From Callorhinchus milii (taxonomy: Eukaryota): a stretch of 64,000 nucleotides of DNA. Position numbers and translations under genes: made by a program. Positions 1 to 47,000 of this stretch are shown piece by piece. The stretch lies in NCBI RefSeq assembly GCF_018977255.1, contig NW_024704742.1:67706001-67770000 (forward strand), in the 5' to 3' direction. Positions within the stretch are counted from its first letter, which is position 1. Every line of letters starts with the position of its first letter. The notes below the pieces were generated by a model that saw nothing but the letters and a program-made list of their open reading frames with translations, was not told where the DNA came from and did no database searches.

Positions 1-360
1 GGCAGCCAGTGTAGTCTGGCAAGGACCGGAGTGATCGGGGAGCGGACTTTCGTGCGGGTGAGAATGCGGGCGGCAGAGTTCTGAATGAGTTGGATTTTAT
101 GGATGGGAGACCAGCGAGGAGGGCATTGGAGTAGTCCAGCCGAGAGGTGACAAAGGCATGGACCAGAGTCTCAGTGGCTTTTGGGGAGAGGTATCTCAGG
201 GAAACTTATGAACCATATAGAGCAGGACACATGTTTCGAGTCTGGTTTCAGCTTACGCAAGCACCGTTTTAGTTGCAGGTGATGCTTTAAACAAACATTT
301 GAGAGTTTCAGACCCTGATAGCAGGTGAGCTCATCCATAAACCAGTGAGCTAGAGGGGGC

Positions 361-361
<1 letters not shown>

Positions 362-394
<33 letters not shown>
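362..394. repeat. (TAA)n microsatellite, tail of a minus-strand SINE
   Basis: Tandem triplets abutting the SINE 3' end CCTTGCATTTGATATAGCG. Confidence 0.85.
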
Positions 395-395
<1 letters not shown>

Positions 396-1521
396 CCTTG
401 CATTTGATATAGCGCTTTTCACGTCAGGACGTCCCAAAGCGCTTCACAGAACACACTGTAAAGTGAAATCTATCAATCGCCCACAAAATATACACTTTAC
501 AATATATTCTGTGAAGTGCTTTGAGAAAATCACAACAATGTGATGAGGCACTATATCAAATTATTATTATAATAACAACAACACATTACATTTGTGTAAC
601 GTCTTTCAAGTCAGGAGGACCTTCCCAAGGTGCTGGACAGTCAGGCATATGCACCCGATCTGGTGGTTGGGATCAGACAAGCAGGGAGTTTGCATAGTTG
701 AGCCTAGATGTGATGAATGTGTGGATGAGGGTCTCGGTGGCTTGGGGTGAGACACAGTGGTGGAGCCGGACAATGTTGCGGAGGTGGGGAAAAGAGGAGC
801 GGGTCATGGCACGGATGTGGAGGATAATTGATGGTTAACTATCGCCAAGGTTCCATACTGGCTCCATGAGGTGTAGAGTACATCCATGAAGGGTGCAGTA
901 CCAGCTTTTGGGATGCCTTCTGATGTGAAAGGCAGTAAATACATGTAAATTTGTATTGTATTCTGGACCTGAGGGATACCAGAACTGCCGTATGCTTCAG
1001 TCTCCCTGCGCTGACTGGCTGGCACCTCTGCTTTGCCAGCAGCACTCCTAGTGCCAATGGTGTCCTATCAACCAAGTCATGGCACAACTCGGTAGTAGAA
1101 GCTGATTGTTTAGGTAGATGTTAAAGATCTCACGGGACTATTTAAAAAGAGAAAGGAGATTCTCCCAGTGTCCTGGCCCACAATCCCCCAAATAAAATTG
1201 GTCATTCACTATTATGGCTGTTTGTGGGATATTGCTGTGTGCAAACTGGCATCCCCATTTGCTCACAAAGTACAGTCACTACATTTTACAGTAAATGTAA
1301 ACCTACCTCTTTGACCACACCTGTGATGACCTCCCATCCCTCTCTCCCGTGTCTGACTCGCATCTTTGTACAGTGCTACGAGACGCTATTCCACATGAAG
1401 GTCACTAAATGATTGTGGTTTGAATTAATTCACCTCCAAAAAGACATTGGATTCCGCAAAGCGCTTTGAGATGTCCTCCCGACGTGAACAGCACTGTGTT
1501 AAATGAAAAGGTTATTATTAC

Positions 1522-37172
<35,651 letters not shown>

Positions 37173-37231
37173 TTTTGCGTAACGGTCATGAACCAGAGAG
37201 TGTGGAGGGCCCTGTCCGGGGGGGGACAGAG

Positions 37232-37575
37232 AGGGGCCGGGGCCCGGCACAGTGAGTGATGGCCGGGCTGGGGCCGGGCGGTGGGGCCGGGGCTGGGGCC
37301 GGGCAGAGTGAGTGATGGCCGGGCGGTGGGGCCGGGCTCGGGCCGGGCAGAGTGAGTGATGGCCGGGCGGTGATGGCCGGTGGGGCCGGGCAGAGTGAGT
37401 GATGGCCGGGCAGAGTGAGTGATGGCCGGGCGGTGATGGCCGGTGGTGGGCGGTGATGGCCGGTGGTGGGGCCGGGGCCGGGGCTGGGGCCGGGCACAGT
37501 GAGTGATGGCCGGGCGGTGATGGCCGGTGGTGGGCGGTGATGGCCGGTGGTGGGCGGTTGATGGCCGGTGGGGCC
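37232..37575. repeat. GC-rich compound minisatellite (units GGCCGGGCAGAGTGAGTGAT, GGCCGGTGGTGGGCGGTGAT, GGGGCC)
   Basis: Tandem units read directly. Confidence 0.92.
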
Positions 37576-37717
37576 GAGGCAGCGGCACGTGGTCGGCGGA
37601 CTGTGCGACTCTCAGCCACACGGAGGGGGGGGAGGAGGAGAATCAAAGCCTCCGCGTGGATCGTACACCAATCACATAGATCCGGTTTCCCTTTCTCACT
37701 GGTTTGCTGAGTGGGCG

Positions 37718-37890
37718 CTGTGTGTGTGTGTGTGTGGGCTGTGCTGTGCCTGGGAGCTGTGTGTGTGTGGGGGCTGTGCTGTGCCTGGGAGCTGTGTGTG
37801 TGTGTGTGGGGGGGCTGTGCTGTGCTGTGCCTGGGAGCTGTGTGTGTGTGTGGGGGCTGTGCTGTGCCTGGGAGCTGTGTGTGTGTGTGT
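37718..37890. repeat. Minisatellite GGGCTGTGCTGTGCCTGGGAGC(TG)n, 4 units
   Basis: Tandem units read directly, ending about 22 nt before the PTCD3 ATG. Confidence 0.92.
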
Positions 37891-37912
37891 ATCTCCGCTG
37901 TCGGTGTCGGTG

Positions 37913-38001
37913 ATGGCGGCGGTGCCCTGCGCTCGGGCCTGGCGGCAGTTCGCTCGCTGCAACGGCTGCGGCGGCCTGAGGAGGGTGGGCCTGGCACCCC
38001 G
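37913..38001 (+). CDS. PTCD3: PTCD3 exon 1, Arg-rich presequence ([15 protein letters not shown]...)
   Basis: ATG in CpG island, donor CG|GTGAGT, 89 nt, phase 2 fits exon 2; no acidic residues, consistent with a mitochondrial targeting peptide. Confidence 0.88.
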
Positions 38002-41000
38002 GTGAGTGCTGCGGAGATGGAGCCGTGCCGGGGGGGGCGCGGGCCTTTCGACAGGGAGAGGCGGGCGGGCGGGCGGGAGAGAAGGCGATCTTGGGCGGGC
38101 GGGCGTGAGCGAGGGCGGGCGGCCGCGTGGGTGACGGTCTGACCTCGCGCGGCTCTCAACGGTCGCAGCGCGAGGCCCGGGGGTGGCAGTTGGTAGTGAT
38201 TTCAAACCCCACGTCAGGACGTGGCGCCACACGGTCTAAACTGACACCAGTGCAGTGCACTGCACTGTATCGTCTGAGGTGTTGGTCCTTCGTGTGAGAT
38301 GTTAAGCCGAGGTCCCCCCTCCCTCCCTCTCTCTCTCTCTCTCCCTCTCTGCCTCTGTCCAGGTGGATGTTAAAGATCTCATGGCGCTATTCAAAAAGTG
38401 TAGAGTCTCTCTCTCTCTCTCTGTCTCCCTCTGTGACTTGGCCAACAATCCCCGCACATCAACATGGGGTCGCTCACCCACCCCACCCCACCGCTGTTTG
38501 CGAGGCGTTGCTGCCGCGCAAAACGATTGCCGCGGTTTCGCCCCATAAATACGGTCGCTGCACTTCACGGTACGTCCCGTGCAGCACCTTGGGATGCCCT
38601 CCCGATGTGAACGGCGCGGCGCGGCGCCAAGTGTCGGGACAGTTATTACTGTGTCAAGGCAGCTGACTGCATGTGGGGAGAAACCGCCTGTTGCAGCCCT
38701 TGTTATGCAGCAGTTTGGGAGTGTATGGATCCGAACCACCGTGTTATTTATTACAGGGCCTCCGAAAGCTTAATAGTCTTGTCGATAACCGATTGCTTTG
38801 GGTTGATTGGAGACGAAGTGTCGTTGATTACACCCCAAAGCGCTTTGCTTTTCATCGTTTTCAGATGGACGTCCTTACTCGAGGTCGACGTTTCAAGGGG
38901 GAGAATTGAAAGTCTTGTCAATCGGTTTTGAAAAAAGGGACTCGGTTGCTTTACAAGGAATATTAAGGGTTACAGCGAGCGAGCAAACTCCGTTAGAGCA
39001 GTTAACTTGTGGGGAAAAAAGCACCATCCGTACACACAGAAGGGACATTCACGTTTTCTTTCCAGTCAGAACCATCTCCAAATAGTTTTTGGAGACAGCA
39101 AAGATGAATTCAATTTTGGTTTCTCACCTGCACAGAATCAAAGCTCATCACAACAGAGTGTCTTCACGTTCTTTTAAAGAAACATGCCTTAATTAATTAT
39201 AGATTTGAGAATCTGAGATAGAAAAGATTGAAATATGATTTTTAGTAAAATTATATTTCCCATTTTTGCATACTGTATTGTAATATTCATGTGTGGTCAT
39301 AATTGAAATTATTCTAGCATGATTTTAAATTGCAGTTCTTTCATTTTAACAAGATTGTTGCTAGAGCATATAAGCTTTAAATATTCCTTGTTAAGTCATT
39401 TGAGCTGACACCTACCCATTTCAGAGGTGACTGTTGTATTATAATTCCCGAAAGCAGGAATTACGTGGAGTCCTGGAGCACAGTGGTTAGAGCAGTCGCT
39501 TTGCAAGCGAGAGTTCTGAGTTCAATTCCAGGCAGAGGGCGAAACCTTGGGCAAGTTTCCTTACTCCACACAGAGCCTAATAATAATCCCTCCAAAACCC
39601 ACAACAATAATAAATTGGTCATTTTCAATCTACGACTGTTTGTGGGACATTGCTGTGCGCAATTGGCTGCCGCGTTCGCCCACAAATATACAGTCAATTC
39701 ACTTTACAGTGTGTTCTGTGAAGTGATTTAGGACGTTCTCTCGACGTGAAAAGCGGTATATCAAATGCAAGGATTATTATTATTATTATTTTCTGTGGGG
39801 TAGATTCTATGATTCTATTATATAATTATTTGATTTTTGCTTTAATTCTTTGACAGAAGTTATTCCTCCAGCCGTCTTCTATGTCAGCAAATTGCACCCA
39901 GCCAAACAGGTAATTTTTTACTGGTTCTCAATCAGTTCTATTGTAATTTCTGTTAAGTGTGGGTGCAAGTGAGTTACATTTGCAGTTGTACCACAACTTT
40001 GGTGGTTTCATTATTCAATGTTTTGAACTTTTAAGGTTCTGCAGAAGAGATCGTTATTCCAAGAAAGAAAACCTGGTAAGTATTGTCTATTTTTCTAAAT
40101 CTTCTAATTTGTTTCTGAATATCATTTTAATCCTTTCAAAAAAAACTAATAATTTAGAAACTTAATCCATGATTGTTTGTGGGGCACTGCTTTGTGCAAT
40201 TGGCTGCTGTGTTTCGCCCACAAAATATACAGTCAATTCACCTTACAGTATATGCTGTGAAGCGCTTTGAGACGTCTCGAAGACTTGATAAGGTGCTATA
40301 TCAGATGCATGGATTAAACATGGATAAAAGTAGTGCAGTTGATGTAGTTTATATGGACTTTCAAAAGGTATTTGACAAAGTGCCACATGAAAGACTTGTA
40401 AGAAAGATAGAAGCCCATGGTATAAAAGGGACAGTGGCAGCATGGACCCAGAACTGGCTGGGAGACAGAAAGCAGAGAGTTGTGGTGAACGGCTGCTTTT
40501 CTGACTGGAGGGAAGTGTACAGTGGTATCCCCCAGGGATCGGTATTAGGACCACTGCTCTTCTTAATATACATAAATGATCTGGACTTGGGTATAGCAAG
40601 TACCATTTCCAAGTTTGTGGACAACACAAAGTTAGGTAGGGTGGTAAACAGTGAGAAGGATAGCAGCCAACTGCAGGAAGACATAGACAGAATGGTAAAA
40701 TGGGCAGACACATGGCAGATGAATTTCAATGTAGATAAATGCGCGATAATGCATTTTGGTAGAAAGAATGAGGGGAGGCAATACAGGCTGGTAATACAAT
40801 CTTAAGGCGGGGGTGAAAGAACAGAGAGACCTGGGGGTTCAGGTAAATGAATCCTTGAAGGTGGCAGGACAGGTAGATAAGGCTGTAAAAAGGGCAGATG
40901 GGATACTAGGCTTTATAAATAGGGGCATAGAGTACAAGAGTCAGGAGGTTATGATTAACCTATATAAAACACTGGTTAGGCCTCAGTTAGAATATTGCGG

Positions 41001-44000
41001 TCCAGTTCTGGGCACCAGACTATAGGAAGGATGTTAAGGCATTGGGAAGGGTGCAGAGGAGATTTACAAGGATGGTACCAGGAATGAGATGCCTTGATTA
41101 TGAGGAAAGACTATAGAGGCTGGGATTATTCTCATTGGAGCAGAGAAGGTTACGAGGAGACCTAATAGAGGTCTTCAAAATCATGAGGGGATTTGATAGG
41201 TTAGAAAGGGAAAAACTGTTTCCACTGGTGGGTATGTTGGTGACTCGAGGTCACAGATTCAAAGTAGTATCTAAAAAGCAGAGGGGAGGTGAGAAGAAAT
41301 GTTTTCACGCAGCGAGTTGTTCGAATCTGGAACGCATTGCCTGAAAGGGTGGTCGAAGCCGATTCGATAACTACTTTTTAAAACGCAGTGGACGGGTATT
41401 TGAGGAGGACGGATCTGCAGGGTTATTGGGGAAAGGGCTGAGGAGTGGGATTGACATTACATTGCTCTTTTCAAAGAGCCGGCACAAACTCGATGGTCCG
41501 AATGGTCTCTTTTTGTGCTGTACGATTCTATGATTATATGATTATTATTGCACAACCCAATTCTTGAAATGGGAAAAGTCACAATAGTTCAGAGGCATGA
41601 ACTTTTGTAGCACCGTTTACGTGGGGTGAACATGTCAGACTTGCTTCAAAGAGCGAAGTCGAAAGAGTGGAGTTGGAACTTGTAACTTGTAAGATAGCGG
41701 CAATTTAATCCTGTTTTGAGTTAATAATAGTTATTTGCTTCCTAGGGACAAGTTAGCAGTCCTTCAAGCCCTTGCCTCGACAGTGAACAGAGTGAGTAAT
41801 TTTCTCATTAAATCAGTTCTATTTCTGGTCGAGGCATATGTTTTGCGATGTCTAGAAGTGCTCAACCTCTTGTTGCTCCATCTCACAGGACCCCACTGCT
41901 GCACACTACCGCTTTCAGGATGACTCGTACCTCATTCCAAAGACATCACCTGAATTTGTAAGTATAGCCAAGTGCTGCAGAATCGCTGTCTTAATGCGTT
42001 GTTGGAGGAACCATAAATCCTAACCGACCATGCATCGAGCCAGCACTCCGCAAAATGTTGTCATTGATCATTCCTGCACTACAAAATGACCGACTACTAT
42101 GTCGGCAGGTCCGACCTCAACATCACTTCTTGTGCATTGGCCTCCCAATCTAATATGATGCTCCAATGCAATACTGGAGGAATGCTGTACTGTCGGAAGC
42201 AAAAAGGTACCGGCTTTTCAATACACAGCCTAAGGTCCTAGTGTGCACATAGGCTAGGTTGTACGTTGTCGTGTGTGCAACAAACCTAATACCAAGAATG
42301 GGTTAGGTTGTACATTGTCACTTCCTGCGTAGTTTACTACTTTTACCTAACAGTCCTGTTGTTTACTACTTTTAAGCTAAAATGGCCAACTTCGAGGTTG
42401 TTCACTCACAGCTGAAGTCACTTCCTGCTTTGTGCGCACCCAGGAAGGAAGCAAATTGGTTGTGTGCATACGTAGAATAAATACAATTTGTTATAACCAA
42501 GTTTTCGCTATAAAGAAGCAACAACAACAACAACTTGCATTATATAGCAGTTTTCACAGGGGAGCGCTTGACAGTGGCGGAGTCGGGCATGAGCTGAGGG
42601 GAGAGGTGACCGTAAGGACGATCAGAAAGGAAGCTCTTTAGGCGGGATTTGAAAGTGGGGAGGCAGGGGCAAGGCAGAGGGATTGAGGGAGAGAGTTCTA
42701 GAGTTTCAGGACATAGTGGCTGAAGGCACGGCCACTTATGGTGGAGGGGATGAGGTCAAACAGGAGGCCGGAGTCAGCCGAGTGGAGACAGCGGGTAGTG
42801 GAGTGGGGAGTAAGCAGATAGGTAGGGAGGTGTGAGGGCATGAAGAGATTTGAAAACAAGTGAGAGGATCTTGAAATTAATCCGTTTGGTAATTGGGAGC
42901 CAGTGGAGCCTGGCAAGGGCTGGTGTGATGGGGGAACGGAGTTTTGTGCAGGTGAACATCTGGACGGCGGAGTTTTTAATTAATTGGATTTTGTGTATGG
43001 TGGAACTGGGGAACCAGAGAGGAGGGTATTGGAATAGTCCAACTGGGAAGTGACGAAGGTGTGGGTGAGGGAGAGTCCAGGGAAGTTAAGGAGTTTAGAC
43101 CCGCAGGAGAGAAGAGTATGGTTTCCATCTTGTCGACATTCAGCTGGGGGCAAAGGAGTAGGGTGAGGGCCATAGTAGGAGGAGAAGGTGATGAATATAA
43201 TCCTTGCATTTGAAGGAGTCATGAGAGGGAAGAGGAGGAGGCAGGCAGATGTTATCTTTACATTGATTGTTGTGGACCAGGGGCCAACTCTTCCCCCCCC
43301 CCCCCCCACTGTCCCTTGTCCAACACATGCTGCACCTGGGATCCCTGAACACAATACTCCCTTCATCTCCTCGACCCTCTTCACCCCCCCCCCACACCTC
43401 TCTCCCCCTCCCCCCTCTCTCCCTCTCCCCCCTCCCCCCTCTCTCTCCCTCCCTCTCCTTCCTCTCTCTCCCCCCCACCCCCATAATGAGGCCACACTGC
43501 CCTTTAAAACATTTCTACCATAAAAAAGTTTGCAAGTTCGGATTTCATTAACTAATTTTTTTTTTCTCTCTCTCGTAGAGACTCTATTCCCTTTCACAGG
43601 AATCCGGACGTACTGCTGCCAAATACATTTTCAGCAATTATCCAAATTTTTTCCAGAGAGACTTTGCTGAACCTTCTATACCTGTGAGTTGTGCCCATTG
43701 ATTGTACTGTTTTGGATCCTCGGTATCCAATGCTATCTTCATTGTGTTGATCCAATCTCCATTATTTAAGATTAGCACCAGCTTCCTAAAATGTACCAGT
43801 GTGAGGTAGTCTACTCACCCAGTGATGGAGCACTAAATGCCTGAAGATAAACAGGAATGCTAGAATTATGTAAGTATAGAATTTTACAACACTGAAGTAA
43901 GCCAGTTGGCTTATCAAGTCTGTGAAATACAGTCTCTTTGGAAGAACTACCTATTGAGTCCCATTGCCCTAACTGCCTTTTCCCCATTCCTGTGCAAATT

Positions 44001-47000
44001 ACTCTTTGTTCCTGGCCAACAATATCGTAAGTAATATTTGTTACTCACTCCATGGCTGTCTGTAGGATACTGCTGTGCACAAATTGGCTGCTGTGTTCGC
44101 AAATCGCATACACAAATCTAATATGGATCCGGTCCTTAACCACCGTTCCCCTGGGGTATTCTCATCCTAACAACGCATTCCTCCTAATCTTACCCCTTTT
44201 TATTTTTGCTCCTTTGAGAGCTATCTGAAATTGTCACTGAACTCACCAACTAGTGGAAATATGTTTATACTCTATTAAAGTCATCTATCAGATCTCCCTT
44301 CAATCTTCTCTGTTCCAGTTAAAATGGGCTCAAATTCCTGTAGTCTATGTTCAGGCCAAATCACTCATCTTTCCTGTCTAGCTGTTCACTTAAAAATGAC
44401 ATTATACTATTCAAAAGGAGAATTTTAACGACCTCTATCAAGTCTTGCCTCGAGCTTCTTTGTCCCAATGAAAATAGGCCCAGTTTCTGGAGTCTCAGGG
44501 TTGTGCCGACCAACAATCCTAGATAAGTTGGTCATTCACCCCAAGGAATTTTGTGAAACTTTGCTGCTGGTATTATATTCACTACACTTCACAGTATTTA
44601 CCTGTGAATCGCTTTTAACATGACACTTTGGGAAGTTTAATTTTATTAATGGTGGTGGGGTGGGTGCATAAACACGGGTTGAGGATTGTATGAAAGCTTC
44701 AAAGCAAAAGGATGAATTTTATGCGTTTATTTTTCCGTTTAGTGTTTAATGCCTCAGCAGCTGGAGCCACTGATAGAAGAGATCAGCGAGGCTGCCTTGA
44801 AGGAACGGATTCAACTGCGGAAAGTGAAGGACTCGGTCAGTCTGTACGATCAACTTGTACAAGCAGGTTAGGCTTCACCTGTATTTGTGTAAACTGTATA
44901 TGCGGATTTACTTTTATATAATGCCTTTCAGGTCAGGAGGATCTCCCAGGGTATTTAATAATAATGGCTTGGAACCCAAGGTAGGATTGGGAGCCAAGAG
45001 GGAGAGGGGAAAGGTGACCAAAAGTGTGGTCAAGGAGGTAGGGCTTGAGACGGAACTTTGAAAGAGGTGAGGAAGGGACCAAGTCAACACAGTCTGGTAT
45101 GGGGGCAGATAGACTGAAAACCCAACCGCAGATTGTGTGGTGGCTGGAATGGGAGGCATAAAGCAGGTGGTATAATTAGCCATAAGATGGTAACTGCTCA
45201 CACAGGAGGCTCAGGAGATATCAACAGCCTGATTCTGTTATTTCTAGACACCCACACACACCCATGTCAAGAAGAGGGATCACTGGATAGTGATCAGCCA
45301 CAGGCCCCCTGCCTCATTTATCCCTGTAGAGCCCATGGTTGTTAGGTCTAAGCTGGGACAGAAATTGAAGCTACAGTTTGCTTTGGTTCACTGGACTGGG
45401 GCTCCGATGTAACATGAAATTCTGTTGGAATTGAAGGACGCTCCAAGCGTAAGAAGCCATCAGACTTTGATATTTGTATTTTCCTCTACAGGGACTCCTC
45501 TGTCTCTTGGGACCACAAATGGCTTGTTGGATCTACTTTGTGTTTATGGAGACCAAGAGCCGCCCAGTGATGATCAGATAGAGCTCGGAGAGGGTGAAAG
45601 TCTGGTAATGAAAAGTCTGCTCCTTTGATGAACAATAATAATGCTAGCATTAAATATAGCAACAGGCTTTACGATAGTAACTAGTGACTGCGTATTTGTA
45701 GGCAAACACAGCAGACAGTGTACGCGCTGCAGTGTCCCACAAACAGCCATGAAGTAAATGACCAATTTAATTTGGATGTTCATTGGTCAGAACAATGGGA
45801 GAAACTCCCTTCTCTGTTCGAATAATACCATGAGATCTTTAATGTCTGTCCAATGGACAGGGCCTCTGACAGTGCAGCACTCAGCACTCAATCGAGTTCT
45901 TTTTTCAGTGCTGTTTGTGGGCTTGGCCTCAACAGCCTTTTGTAGTAAAACAGTCTGTACCCTGAGGTATTGTTTTTAGGTGATCAGTGATTACTTTTTG
46001 CTATAAGGTGTCTCTGTAGCTGAATATGTATCTGTCCTGTAACTGAATATGAACAAGACGGAAGCCATATTCCTTGGCTCCTGTCAACATCTTCACTCTA
46101 AATTCCTCAACCTCCCTGGGCTCAGACTCACCGAACCATTACACAATCTAGGTATCCAGTTCGAACCCCAGCCGTCCTTCCTCCCCCAAATCTGGTCACT
46201 GACCAGGACCGCCTTCTTCCACCTCCGCCACATTGCCCGAGTCCCACGTTTACCCTAAATGCAGTCGAAATACTCGTGCATGTTTTTGTCACCTCCCGCT
46301 TGGATTACTCCAATGCACACCTCGCTGGTCTCCCCAGCTCTGCAATTTAAAAAATCCAGCTCATTCAGCACTCTGTCGCCCGCATACTGACCCAGACCAA
46401 ACTCTGTACATCCCATCAGTTCTGGCCAGGTTCCACTGGCTCCCCATCACCGAATGGATCAACTTCAAGATCCTCACACTCATGTTCAAATCCATTCACT
46501 CTCTGGAATCTTCCTAACTCCAACCTCCTCACTCCACAATCCACCACCTGGTGCTTCCACTCGACTGGCACCGGCCTCCTGCTCGTCCCTCGCACCCTCC
46601 GCCCCACCATTGGAGGTCGCGCTTTCAGCCACTACGCCCCGAAACTCTGGAACACTCTCCCTCAATCCCAGTGCCCTGCCCCCCTCACCTTTTCCTGCCT
46701 GAAAACTTTCCTCTTCGACCCTACTTACGGCCGCCACCTCCCTCCCCCGGCTCGGAGTCAGGCTCCGCCACTGTTAAGCGCTCTGAGATGCTACCCTACG
46801 TAAGTGCAAGTTGTTGTTGTATGTGCTAACCTCCAGCTGTATTCCCCCCCCCCACTGGAAGCCAGCAGCCATGAACACACAGAAGCGGAGAGGGCGCCTA
46901 CGTAAAGCTTCAGAGCTGCTTACCATCACCTGGAGGTAAGAGCACCTGGTAATGGAGCCCCTGTCACTAGAATCCTAGTGCAGGGGGAAATCACTGAGTC

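Larger units (their letters stand above)
37173..37912. promoter_or_regulatory. CpG-rich bidirectional promoter / 5' UTR region shared by POLR1A and PTCD3
   Basis: 740 bp between divergent ATGs inside a CpG island (about 36600-38650); E-box CACGTG 37586-37591, CCAAT 37668-37672, YY1-like GATGGCGGC over the PTCD3 start. Confidence 0.85.
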
